From: an uncultured Anaerolineae bacterium
GTDB lineage: Bacteria; Chloroflexota; Anaerolineae; CAYNKW01
DNA length: 44,088 nucleotides
Assembly (NCBI GenBank): GCA_964397845.1
Contig: CAYNKW010000004.1
Span: 1-44,088 of the forward strand
Reading direction: 5' to 3'
Shown: positions 34,791-43,915 of the stretch, one piece after another
Layout: every line of letters starts with the position of its first letter
Position numbering within the stretch: the first letter of the stretch is position 1
Made by a program: the position numbers and the translations under genes
The notes under the pieces: generated by a model
Databases searched by the model: none
What the model saw: the letters and a program-made list of their open reading frames with translations, nothing else
Told to the model about the DNA's origin: nothing

Positions 34791-37700
34791 TGTTCGACGT
34801 CATCGTCATTGGCGCTGGGCCGGCCGGCTCGTCGGCCGCTTGCGAGATTGCCCGGGGGGGCTGGCGCGTCGCCCTGCTGGAACGCGGTGCGTATCCTGGC
34901 CAGCGCAATGTCTGCGGCGGAGGCATTGAGGGCGCGGACGTGGAGGAGATGGGCCTGCCGAACGACCTGATCCACAAGCGGATGGTGCGCCGCGAGCACT
35001 ACTTCCCCTGGGGCGTCACCACGCTCATTACCCCTCACGTCACTACCCTTCGGCGTGATCTGGACTGCTGGTTGGCCGAACAGGCTGTCGCCGCTGGCGC
35101 AGAACTTCTTACCCGGACCTGGGCCCGTGCTGTCGTCCGCGAGGCAACCGGGCGGGTGATGGTGACTGTCACCGACTTGACGGATCATCGCCAGATCACC
35201 CATCGTACCCGCTTGGTCGTCTTTGCCGACGGGCCGAACACGCTGGCCCCGCGTTCTGGAAACCTGGGCTTTGTCCGTGCGCCAACCACTGCTGCAGTGG
35301 GCCTGATTTACGAACTTGCCTGGCCGAACACGCTGTTGGATCACTATGAAGTTCACTTCGGAGCTTGCTTCAGCCCGTGGGGTTATGCCTGGGTCTTCCC
35401 TAAGCGCGATCTGCTCAACGTCGGCATCACCATCCTGCCCTCGCGGCGGGGCAGCCGTCATCTGGAGGCACGACTGCAAGCCTTCATTGAGAGTCGGCCC
35501 GACCTGCGCGAACGGCCGATTGTCCGCCGCGCTGGTGCTCACATTCCGGTTGTCCCGGCGGCGCGTATCTACGATGATTCGATGTTGGCCGTTGGAGATG
35601 CGGCAGGGATGGTAGAAGCGCTGACCGAAGCAGGTATCGCAAATGCCGTGGCAGGTGGTCGGCTCGCTGGCCAGGTGGCGTGTGAGGCGCTGGCAGTGGG
35701 TGATCTCTCGGCGGCCTTTCTATCGCGCTACCAGAGCCGCTGGCAGGCGACCTTCCGCTATCGAACGATTCGCTTCCAGTCGCGTCTCACCCGCGCACTC
35801 CTGCCCTTCAGCTGGCTTGATGGGAATTTCTACCCCAAAGTGATGCAAGTCCTGTTCCTGGGCGGCCAATTGAGCCGCAGGCAGAAACTGCGTCTGTTGG
35901 CCTACCCGGCGTTGAAGCCGCGCAAGCGATTGCTCTTGGGATCAGTGGGAGCGGGGGGGGCGAACCTGATGGCTGAGTTCATCTTGCATTTTGATGAGAT
36001 TGAGGAGGCCCGGCGCAACCAGGCAGGTGGCAAGGGCTACGCACTCGCCCGGCTCTGTCAGGCGGGGTTTCCCGTACCACCGGGCTTCATTGTTGCGACC
36101 GATGCCTACCGTGCCTTCGTCACCGCCAACGGCCTGGACACCCTCGTCGCCGCCGCTCTGGCAGATGACGACCCGGCGGCAGCCTCGGCACGTATGAGGC
36201 CAGCCTTCGAGGAGGTGAAAATGCCACCCGCCATCGCCGCTGCCATCCGCGATGCTTACCTGGCGCTGGGGGCGGACGAGGTGGCGGTCCGCTCCTCGGC
36301 CCTCGCCGAAGACGATGAGGCCGCTTCCTTCGCTGGCCAGTATGAGACCTCCTTGGGCATCGTCGGCTCCGACGCACTGCTGGCGGCGGTGCGCCGCTGC
36401 TGGGTCTCTCTCTGGAGCGAGCGGGCGCTGGCCTATCGCCGCTGCCTGGGTTTTAAGGGCGACGCGCCGGCAATGGCCGTCGTCGTGCAGAGGATGGTGC
36501 CTGCTGTTCAGGCTGGCGTTGCCTTTACCCTCGACCCCCTCAGCGGCCGTCGTGACGTGGTCGTCGTCGAGGCCGTCGCCGGGGGGGGCGAGGCGCTGGT
36601 AAGCGGTCGGGCCACGTTATACCGCTACGTCATCCAGCGGGGAAGTCCCTATCCAGATTCCGGGGATGGGGTGCTCGATGTTGCCCGGTTGGCGGCTGTC
36701 GTCCGCCTGGCGCAGGAGGTGGAGTCCTGGGCGGGTCAGCCCCAGGACGTGGAGTGGGCGCTGGGCGATGCCGGGCGCGTGCACCTTCTTCAGGCACGGC
36801 CGATCACCACCGCTTCAAGAAACCAGGTTTTTTCTGAAAAACCTGGTTTCTGCGAGGTTGTTACCCGCTGGACCCGCGACAACGTCGGAGAGGTGATACC
36901 GGATCCGGTCACGCCGCTCAGTTGGTCGGTGCTTGACCCCCTGGGCAACCGTTCTTTCACGGGCGTGTTGCGCCGCCTGGGCGTGGGCGATTACTCAGCC
37001 GCTGACCTGTTTGGCCGCTTCTACGGCCGGGTCTACTTCAACCAGACCTTCTTCCAGGCGATATTGGGCCACTTCTACTTCTCGCGCACCAGTTGGCAAG
37101 CCATTCCCCGGCTGGCACTGACGGCCCTGCGAGCATTCCTGTTGCTGCGCCGCCTGCCAGGGGAGAGCGAGAGAGCCATCGGAGCGATCCTGGAGTGGCG
37201 CCGCTCTGAGGAGGGGCTGAACCTGGCGGCTCTGACCCCGGCCGACGTACTGGACCGGTTGGCCGATTGGCGCCGCCTGGGCGCTGCGGCGATGGAGGTT
37301 CACTTGGCCATGACCGTGATGGGTGACTTGCTCTACCAGACGCTGGACAAACTGCTGGCCCGTTGGGGTGACGGGATGACCACCGTGGCTGCTCTGACGA
37401 CTGGACTCACGGGGGTGCGTAGCGCCGAGGCCGGTCAGGCCTTGGCCGCTCTGGCCCAACAGACTTGCCAGGATGACAATCTGCGTGCCCTGGTGCTGAC
37501 GACGACCCCTGAAGCGCTCCCGGCCCGGCTGGCCGAGACGGAGGCGGGACAGGCGATGTGGGCCCGGATCGAGGCTTTCCTGGCCAAGCACGGCCACAGC
37601 GCGGCACAAGAGTTCGAGTTGGCCACGCCTCGCTGGTGCGATTCCCCGGCGATCATCCTGAGTGCGCTCCAGGCGCAGGTGCGCGCCGGTGCGGAGAGGC

Positions 37701-38464
37701 CTGTTGCCGATCCGTCCACTGCTCGTCTGGCGGCCATCGCCCGGATCGAAAATCGGCTAGGTCCGCTGAAACGCTGGCTTTTCTGCCGCCTGTTGCATCA
37801 GGCGCAGATCTTCACCGTTGCCCGCGAGAATCTCAAGTACCATTTCGTCATCGCCCATAGTCACCTGCGCGATCTCTACCTTGCCTTGGCGGCGCATCTC
37901 GTTGCGGCCGGGCAGTTGACATGTGCAAAGGATATCTTTTTCCTGACCGCTGACGGGGTCGCGGCCCTGGTCGAGGGGAGGCTGGCGTCTGGTGAGGGCC
38001 GGGAGCGTGTAGCCGAGCGTCGCCAGGCGTGGGAGGCTGACCGAAGGGCCGTGCCGCCCTCGTCTTTCGACCAACTGACCGACGGTCGCCTGCGTCCGGT
38101 AGCGCCGTCCGTCGCGCCCGGCAGCGACGGCGGCCAGTTGCTGCGCGGATTGGCCGCCAGTCCTGGCTCATACATCGGGCAGGCTCGCGTCCTGCACACT
38201 CCAGCAGATGGCGCTGGCCTGGAACCGGGCGAGGTATTGATTGCGCCGGCCACCAGCCCTGGGTGGGCGCCCCTGCTCCTTTCGGCGGGCGCTCTGGTCA
38301 CCGAGATTGGCGGCACGTTGTCCCACGGCGCGATCATCGCCCGGGAGTATGGCCTGCCTGCCGTGCTCAACGTCGCCGACGCGACGCGCTGCATTCGCAC
38401 CGGTCAACTTGTTCATGTGGATGGATCCGCAGGCTTCGTCCGACTGCTAGAGGAAGTGACGTGA
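34790..38464 (+). CDS. Fusion protein: geranylgeranyl-reductase-family FAD oxidoreductase (aa ~1-375) + PEP-synthase/rifampin-phosphotransferase-like dikinase (ATP-grasp PPDK_N domain, ~400-aa middle domain, His-swivel PEP-utilizer domain)
   Basis: TGATG overlap with the ubiA-like stop. FDVIVIGAGPAGSSAA .. GDAAGMV; NQAGGKGYALARL .. VAVRSSALAEDDEAASFAGQYET .. VQRMV; C-terminal GLAASPGSY..GEVLIAPATSPGWAPLL..TEIGGTLSHGAIIAREYGLPAV. There is no C-terminal PEP/pyruvate TIM-barrel domain. Confidence 0.85.
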   Translation: MFDVIVIGAGPAGSSAACEIARGGWRVALLERGAYPGQRNVCGGGIEGADVEEMGLPNDLIHKRMVRREHYFPWGVTTLITPHVTTLRRDLDCWLAEQAVAAGAELLTRTWARAVVREATGRVMVTVTDLTDHRQITHRTRLVVFADGPNTLAPRSGNLGFVRAPTTAAVGLIYELAWPNTLLDHYEVHFGACFSPWGYAWVFPKRDLLNVGITILPSRRGSRHLEARLQAFIESRPDLRERPIVRRAGAHIPVVPAARIYDDSMLAVGDAAGMVEALTEAGIANAVAGGRLAGQVACEALAVGDLSAAFLSRYQSRWQATFRYRTIRFQSRLTRALLPFSWLDGNFYPKVMQVLFLGGQLSRRQKLRLLAYPALKPRKRLLLGSVGAGGANLMAEFILHFDEIEEARRNQAGGKGYALARLCQAGFPVPPGFIVATDAYRAFVTANGLDTLVAAALADDDPAAASARMRPAFEEVKMPPAIAAAIRDAYLALGADEVAVRSSALAEDDEAASFAGQYETSLGIVGSDALLAAVRRCWVSLWSERALAYRRCLGFKGDAPAMAVVVQRMVPAVQAGVAFTLDPLSGRRDVVVVEAVAGGGEALVSGRATLYRYVIQRGSPYPDSGDGVLDVARLAAVVRLAQEVESWAGQPQDVEWALGDAGRVHLLQARPITTASRNQVFSEKPGFCEVVTRWTRDNVGEVIPDPVTPLSWSVLDPLGNRSFTGVLRRLGVGDYSAADLFGRFYGRVYFNQTFFQAILGHFYFSRTSWQAIPRLALTALRAFLLLRRLPGESERAIGAILEWRRSEEGLNLAALTPADVLDRLADWRRLGAAAMEVHLAMTVMGDLLYQTLDKLLARWGDGMTTVAALTTGLTGVRSAEAGQALAALAQQTCQDDNLRALVLTTTPEALPARLAETEAGQAMWARIEAFLAKHGHSAAQEFELATPRWCDSPAIILSALQAQVRAGAERPVADPSTARLAAIARIENRLGPLKRWLFCRLLHQAQIFTVARENLKYHFVIAHSHLRDLYLALAAHLVAAGQLTCAKDIFFLTADGVAALVEGRLASGEGRERVAERRQAWEADRRAVPPSSFDQLTDGRLRPVAPSVAPGSDGGQLLRGLAASPGSYIGQARVLHTPADGAGLEPGEVLIAPATSPGWAPLLLSAGALVTEIGGTLSHGAIIAREYGLPAVLNVADATRCIRTGQLVHVDGSAGFVRLLEEVT

Positions 38465-39558
38465 GCCGCTACCCCATCGCTGCCTATCGCCAACTCTTCC
38501 CAGACAGAAGGGAGTTCGCACCCTTCGATCCGGCCGAGGATGGTGACCACTACCGGCCGGAGCCCAACTTTTTCGAGTGGTGGTACTTTGACGCTGCCTT
38601 CGAGGATGGCTCGTATCTAGTTACGACTTTACACTCGTCGTTGTATAATACTATTGATCACAAGCCGACGCTGGACTTGCGCTACTATCCGCCAGAGGGC
38701 CCTCCCGTCATCGCTAATGGCCGCTTCGATCGGACTGCGTACCGTGCCGCGCCGGATCGCTGCTGGGTAAAGATCGGTGATTGCCTGGCTACTGACGAGG
38801 GGGATCGCTACCGGCTTAGCCTGCGCCAGGGATCGTTGGCGGCTGAACTGACCTTCTGGCCGCAGTTGCCGGGCTGGAAGGCGGGCACCGGCCATCTTTT
38901 CGCTGACCCAGCCAGCGGGCATCACTTCGATTGGGCTGTGCCGCTGCCACGTGCCCGCGTCGAGGGAATGTTGACCGTCGCAGGCCAGCGGCGGGCAGTG
39001 GTCGGCAGCGGCTATCACGATCACAATTGGGGTAATCTGTATCTGCCCGCTGCCTTCAGCCATTGGACATGGGGTCGGGTGCTGGCGGGCGACTGGGTAC
39101 TCATTTTCGGCGATATCGTCGGGCGGGGGACATCGCCGGCCCACGTCACGCCGTTCATGCTGGCCCGGGACGACGAGATACTGCTGGCGACCGGCCGCAT
39201 TCACATTCACGGTGAGGAACCGGCGCAGGAGCCACGTACTGGTGCAGGCTACTTCCGTCGGTTGCGCCTGACGACGGTGGAAGGGCCGACGGTGGAACTG
39301 ACGCTGACGGCTTGTCGGACGATGGAGGCCCTCGATTTCGCTGTACCACACTTGCCTCTGGCCCGCCAACGCCACCTGCGGAGAGCAGCCGAGATCATCT
39401 TTTACCTGGCCCAGGGAAAGCCCCTCGTTGGCCGGCTGGCTGCCTGGCTGTTGGGCAAGGGCTCTTACCTGCGCTGGGAGGCCGATTATCGCCTTGACCT
39501 GCCCGATTATGGCGCCGTGGAGACAGGCCGGGCGCTGTACGAGGTGATGTTGCTGTGA
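38461..39558 (+). CDS. CrtC (hydroxyneurosporene synthase / carotenoid 1,2-hydratase)-like, AttH-like lipocalin-fold protein
   Basis: GTG 38461 overlaps the upstream TGA (GTGA). PEPNFFEWWYFDAAFEDGSYLVTTLH .. GSGYHDHNWG .. WTWGR. The ORF-track N-terminal 66 aa overlap the upstream gene and are rejected. Confidence 0.65.
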   Translation: MSRYPIAAYRQLFPDRREFAPFDPAEDGDHYRPEPNFFEWWYFDAAFEDGSYLVTTLHSSLYNTIDHKPTLDLRYYPPEGPPVIANGRFDRTAYRAAPDRCWVKIGDCLATDEGDRYRLSLRQGSLAAELTFWPQLPGWKAGTGHLFADPASGHHFDWAVPLPRARVEGMLTVAGQRRAVVGSGYHDHNWGNLYLPAAFSHWTWGRVLAGDWVLIFGDIVGRGTSPAHVTPFMLARDDEILLATGRIHIHGEEPAQEPRTGAGYFRRLRLTTVEGPTVELTLTACRTMEALDFAVPHLPLARQRHLRRAAEIIFYLAQGKPLVGRLAAWLLGKGSYLRWEADYRLDLPDYGAVETGRALYEVMLL

Positions 39559-39740
39559 TTTGAACACTCCCGTCGCCGTTTACGTCGGGCAGCAGCACCG
39601 CAACGTGCTTGACTACCTCACTGAAGCCTGTGACGCAGCTAAAAAGGCGTTACAGTTGTGTGATTTTAAGCTTAAATTCAATCTTTGCAAATAATCCAGG
39701 TTAGTTCATGGCTCAATTATAGGTATAGGAGGAGTGTATA

Positions 39741-42071
39741 ATGAAAAAAAGGATTATAATGTCACTATTGGTAGTATTGATATTAATAGCCTTTTACTGC
39801 AATTTAGCGTATGCTGATAAAAGGGATGATTTTCTCGATCGAAAAGATTTATGGTTTTTCCATTCCGCAGGAGTGGCGGATGAAGCTGAGATAATGAACG
39901 GATATGCGAAAATATTGTTATCTAATCCAAGCTCTAGTGAAGGAAGCAATTGCGGGATTGGTGAGAATCCAGGTCATTATCTAAACTTCACCTTTAGAGC
40001 AAGGATTAAAGCCCTCACCCCACTGATGCCCGGTACACACGGATGGGGATTATGGTTACAGCGTGATTGGACTGATGGGATAAACTGGGCTGCGTGGTTC
40101 ATGGAACAAAACGATCCTACAGGAGAACCAATTAACAATTTTTGGGCAGCAGCTACTATCAATGGTCCAGTAAGTACAATGCAAATGTTTAATTTGGAAG
40201 GTATCGTTAATAACCAGGAATGGCATACATACGAAATTAAAAAGACCGAAGACAGAGTTGAATTTTTCGTTGGCGGAAATCTCGTATTCCAGACAACCTC
40301 AGAAATACCAAACCGAATTATGGGAGCACGAACATGGAATGATAACTTGAATTATGAGGTGGCGGATCCTTCCAATTACTATTTTCGAGGATGGTCGGGA
40401 ACAAGTTCTCATGTTGTAGATTTTATGGAAATTTATGATGTTGAGCCCGGAATAAGCATTCCCCCTGAAGGAACGATTCTGCTAAGGGAACTACCTAATG
40501 AAATTGGTTCTGGCCAGCCACAGTATCTCTGGAAAAGTTATGAATATACTTCCCCAGGTGGAAAGACAGTAGTAATGGTAACAGCCAGAGCCGAGCAATA
40601 CATCGATGATATGAGCGATGACGATGATATTAAAATAGTCATAGATGGTATTGATTATGGATGGGATACAGACAATTCTTTTGATGGTAATACTTTAATA
40701 GGGAATAATGGAACACTTGTTTTTGTAAAAGATGAGAATCCCGGGCAGCATACGGTTCAGATTTATGGTGACATCACTCCCCTTCTCTATGATGTTACTG
40801 TTCTCGGAGTTGAAAATGGAGATATTATCTTGGAGGATATGCTCAATGAGCAAGCTCCTGGCGGTAATAATTATCTTTGGAAGGAGTACGAATTTACCAC
40901 TTCTGGGGAGGAAGAGGTAGCTATTGCAGTTTCTGCTACTGCCAACGATAATTATCGTTCTGACGACGATGATGTTCGAATAGTTGTAGATGGAGAGGAT
41001 TTTGGATGGGATACTCATGGATCTTTCGATGGTGATGAGCTCTACGGAGAAGCACGACTTCTTGTAATAAGGCGGAATTTATCACAAGGTAGCCATCTAT
41101 TACAAATATATGCCGATGAAACCCCAACTCTCCATGGTGTTGTCATATATGGGGCTACGCCAACGGCGACTTTGACTCCTACACCAACGGCCACGTCTAC
41201 CAACACCCCGACGCCGACGGCGACCCCGACAGACATACCGACGGCGACGCTCACGCCGACTGACACGCCAACGCCAATGGCGACGGCAACCGAGACACCG
41301 ACGGCGACGCCCACCAATACACCGACACCTACGGCGACCGCAACCGACACGCCAACAGCGATTGCAACCGAGACACTGACGCCGACAGCAACCCCGATCG
41401 ACACACTGACGCCGACGGCCACGCCCCCCGACACGCTGACACCGACGAGCACGCCGACAGACACACCGATGGCGACGCCCACACCGACTGACACACCAAC
41501 CGCCACGGCCACGCCGACCGACACACCGACGCCGACGGCGAGTGCGACGCCGACCCCGACCCCCACGCCGACCCCGGCCGACGTGATCGTGGACAACACA
41601 GATCCTGGGTTTTCGGTGATTGGTTCCTGGCTCACCTACTCCGGCTCCATCCATCCCCACTATGGAGCTGACTTTCGCTACGACGAGGCCGGGACGGGTG
41701 GCGAGTGGGCCACATTTGTCCCGGACCTTCCCAAGGCGGCCCGCTACGAGGTCTTCATCTGGTGGGGCACCGCTCCCACCGGTGCGACCAACGCTCCCTA
41801 CACGGTTCATCACCTGGGCGGGGAGACGACCGTGCGGGTCAATGTACGCGGGCCTATCGGAGGGGGAGGGGTCTGGTACAGCCTGGGAACCTATGACTTT
41901 GCTGCCGGGACGGCGGGCAGCGTCGTGATCAGCGACGACGCCGACGGCTACGTCGTCGCCGACGCCGTGCGCTTCCTGGAGGCCAGCTCCACGTCGCCCC
42001 AAACTGGCTTCACGGCTCCTCTCTGGTCATTCCTACGCTGGAGTCTCCTGCCCCCGGGGCATTTGAGGTAG
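39741..42071 (+). CDS. Secreted multidomain protein: ConA/LamG-like domain, two tandem ~116-aa domains, ~140-aa Thr/Pro linker, golvesin-C-terminal-like carbohydrate-binding domain
   Basis: AGGAGG before the ATG. Signal peptide [49 protein letters not shown] (ConA-like). C-terminal [55 protein letters not shown]. Confidence 0.8.
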   Translation: MKKRIIMSLLVVLILIAFYCNLAYADKRDDFLDRKDLWFFHSAGVADEAEIMNGYAKILLSNPSSSEGSNCGIGENPGHYLNFTFRARIKALTPLMPGTHGWGLWLQRDWTDGINWAAWFMEQNDPTGEPINNFWAAATINGPVSTMQMFNLEGIVNNQEWHTYEIKKTEDRVEFFVGGNLVFQTTSEIPNRIMGARTWNDNLNYEVADPSNYYFRGWSGTSSHVVDFMEIYDVEPGISIPPEGTILLRELPNEIGSGQPQYLWKSYEYTSPGGKTVVMVTARAEQYIDDMSDDDDIKIVIDGIDYGWDTDNSFDGNTLIGNNGTLVFVKDENPGQHTVQIYGDITPLLYDVTVLGVENGDIILEDMLNEQAPGGNNYLWKEYEFTTSGEEEVAIAVSATANDNYRSDDDDVRIVVDGEDFGWDTHGSFDGDELYGEARLLVIRRNLSQGSHLLQIYADETPTLHGVVIYGATPTATLTPTPTATSTNTPTPTATPTDIPTATLTPTDTPTPMATATETPTATPTNTPTPTATATDTPTAIATETLTPTATPIDTLTPTATPPDTLTPTSTPTDTPMATPTPTDTPTATATPTDTPTPTASATPTPTPTPTPADVIVDNTDPGFSVIGSWLTYSGSIHPHYGADFRYDEAGTGGEWATFVPDLPKAARYEVFIWWGTAPTGATNAPYTVHHLGGETTVRVNVRGPIGGGGVWYSLGTYDFAAGTAGSVVISDDADGYVVADAVRFLEASSTSPQTGFTAPLWSFLRWSLLPPGHLR
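41157..41576 (+). repeat. Low-complexity coding repeat (Thr-Pro-Thr-Ala/Asp linker; ACN CCN ACN GCN periodicity)
   Basis: Translated [40 protein letters not shown]...[13 protein letters not shown]. Long antisense ORFs here are artefacts. Confidence 0.9.
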
Positions 42072-42237
42072 GAGAAGCAGGAAAGGCAACCGAGATGGCC
42101 GGTCGGGCGCTCTTTTTCCCCAGTTACCTGGGTAGCCGCAGGCAATCTTTTGGATGCCACCGCTCGAATTGCGGATGGACAAATAATAAAGTAGACGGCG
42201 ACTCCGGTATTGTAATCCTGCCACAGGAAAATAGGGT

Positions 42238-43785
42238 ATGAAAGATAAAATGTATGCACCAAAAGCCAAGGAAACTATTAGAAGTCTTGTAGGCCCGAGT
42301 AAACCCGATGAAAGCCTTTCAAAGAAAGTTGTTAAGGGCGGTTTTTGGGTATTCACATTAAGAGGGTTCAGTCATTTATTTGGCATAGCCAGGCTTATGA
42401 TTCTGGCGAGAATTCTGGCGCCCTCAGATTTCGGATTGATGGGAACAGCACTGTTGGTAATGGCAACCTTAGAGGCTTTCTCGCAGACAGGATTTCAGCC
42501 GGCTCTAGTTCAAAAGAAAGAAGACATAAAAGAATACCTCAATACAGCCTGGACAGTTTTGATTTTACGGGGGATTATTCTATTTGCCATTTTATATTTT
42601 GTTGCACCCTATGCAGCAAACTTTTTTAACGAACCAGCGGCGAAGAGTATAATTCGAGTTAGCGGATTTTCAATCCTACTTCAGGCATTTGCTAATATCG
42701 GCATCATCTATTTATACAAAGAATTAGAATTTAACAAACAATTTGTTTATGAATCTAGTGGCATATTCACCGACTTTCTTGTTGCTACTTTTGCTGCTTT
42801 TACATTGAAAAGTGTCTGGGCTCTTGTGTTTGGGTCATTAGCTGGAAATCTTGTAAGGTGCATCGTAAGTTACATAATACATCCATACAAACCGCGCCTT
42901 AATTTGGAATTAGGTAAGACAAGAGAGTTATTCGGTTATGGTAAGTGGATTTTGGGTTCGAGGATACTGGTTTTTACAGGTGCACAGATCGATAAAATTT
43001 GTGTTGGAAGATTGCTTGGTGCAGCAAGTCTTGGCTTTTATGGAATGGCATATCAAATCTCAGACATACCGGCCACTGAAATTACCTACGTAATTGGAAG
43101 GGTTGCATTCCCGGCCTATTCAAAAATCCAAGATCACCGAGTCAGGTTGCAGCAAGCCTATTTTCAAATAACGAGACTAACAATCGCAATTTCTGTTCCC
43201 ATTGCGATAGGAGTAGTCTTTTTGGCTTCAGACTTCACAAGGATATTTCTAGGAGAAAAGTGGTTACCGATGGTACCAGCAATGCAACTTTTTGCTGGAG
43301 CGGGATTGATCAAGTCTATTGTCTCTACGGGAGGCCCTTTATTTGCTGGTAGTGGACGCCCGAATTTTGGATTCTACATACAACTTATTAGAGGCTTAAT
43401 AATGATAGTCGGTATCTATCCATTAACGATTCATATGGGAATTCCAGGAGCAGCTCTATGTGTAATTCTGAGTGTGGTGGGAATGTTTATTATTTGGTAT
43501 CCATTGTCGCAAAATATTGCTCAAGCATCTTGGGATAAATATGCTAACACCCTTGGGCTTCCTTTGTTCAGTTCGTTATTTATGGCAGGAGGTATATATC
43601 TATCCAGATCATACTGGAATCCAATTCAGCAGCCTCTGATTCTTGCTATGTCAGTTTTCATCGGAATAAGTGTAATCAGTATTTTAACCTACATAGCAGT
43701 TATGTATATCTTGCAATTGTACTATCACGATTTTGACATTGTTAGTGACATTAGATTAGTATACAAATATTTAGTGGTAAAATAG
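42238..43785 (+). CDS. wzx: Wzx-type polysaccharide flippase (MOP superfamily, polysaccharide biosynthesis protein)
   Basis: 515 aa with about 12-14 TM segments. N-terminal ..VKGGFWVFTLRGFSHLFGIARLMILARILAPSDFGLMG is typical of Polysacc_synt proteins. Low GC (19/60 in the line starting at 42541). Confidence 0.8.
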   Translation: MKDKMYAPKAKETIRSLVGPSKPDESLSKKVVKGGFWVFTLRGFSHLFGIARLMILARILAPSDFGLMGTALLVMATLEAFSQTGFQPALVQKKEDIKEYLNTAWTVLILRGIILFAILYFVAPYAANFFNEPAAKSIIRVSGFSILLQAFANIGIIYLYKELEFNKQFVYESSGIFTDFLVATFAAFTLKSVWALVFGSLAGNLVRCIVSYIIHPYKPRLNLELGKTRELFGYGKWILGSRILVFTGAQIDKICVGRLLGAASLGFYGMAYQISDIPATEITYVIGRVAFPAYSKIQDHRVRLQQAYFQITRLTIAISVPIAIGVVFLASDFTRIFLGEKWLPMVPAMQLFAGAGLIKSIVSTGGPLFAGSGRPNFGFYIQLIRGLIMIVGIYPLTIHMGIPGAALCVILSVVGMFIIWYPLSQNIAQASWDKYANTLGLPLFSSLFMAGGIYLSRSYWNPIQQPLILAMSVFIGISVISILTYIAVMYILQLYYHDFDIVSDIRLVYKYLVVK

Positions 43786-43801
43786 AAAACACATAAGTAT
43801 T

Positions 43802-43915
43802 ATGAGTGGTATTGTAGGGTACATAAGTAATACAGGAGAGGCTGCGAGTGTTTTACTTGAGAGTATGTCTGAATCAATACGATATGAGCAATACAATGGA
43901 GAAGAAGGTATTTGA
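43802..43915 (+). pseudogene. 37-codon remnant resembling the N-terminus of glutamine-hydrolysing asparagine synthase (AsnB-like), with Ser in place of the catalytic Cys2
   Basis: MSGIVGYISNTGEAASVLLESMSESIRYEQYNGEEGI*, compared with the canonical MCGI(V/A)G.. start of class II amidotransferases. Confidence 0.35.

Noticed and set aside
39685-39720. TTGCAA (39685-39690) as a -35 box for the AT-rich gene at 39741
   Set aside because: There is no acceptable -10 hexamer at 16-19 nt spacing. AT-rich DNA yields many near-matches.
41042-41635. 197-aa minus-strand ORF made of GVGV/AVGV repeats
   Set aside because: It is the reverse complement of the Thr/Pro linker of the 39741 gene, an artefact of the ACN-CCN repeat periodicity.
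42095-42125. CCGA..TCGG mini-hairpin followed by CTCTTTTT after the 39741 gene, as a terminator
   Set aside because: The stem is only 4 bp and the T-run is interrupted. This is too weak to report as a feature.
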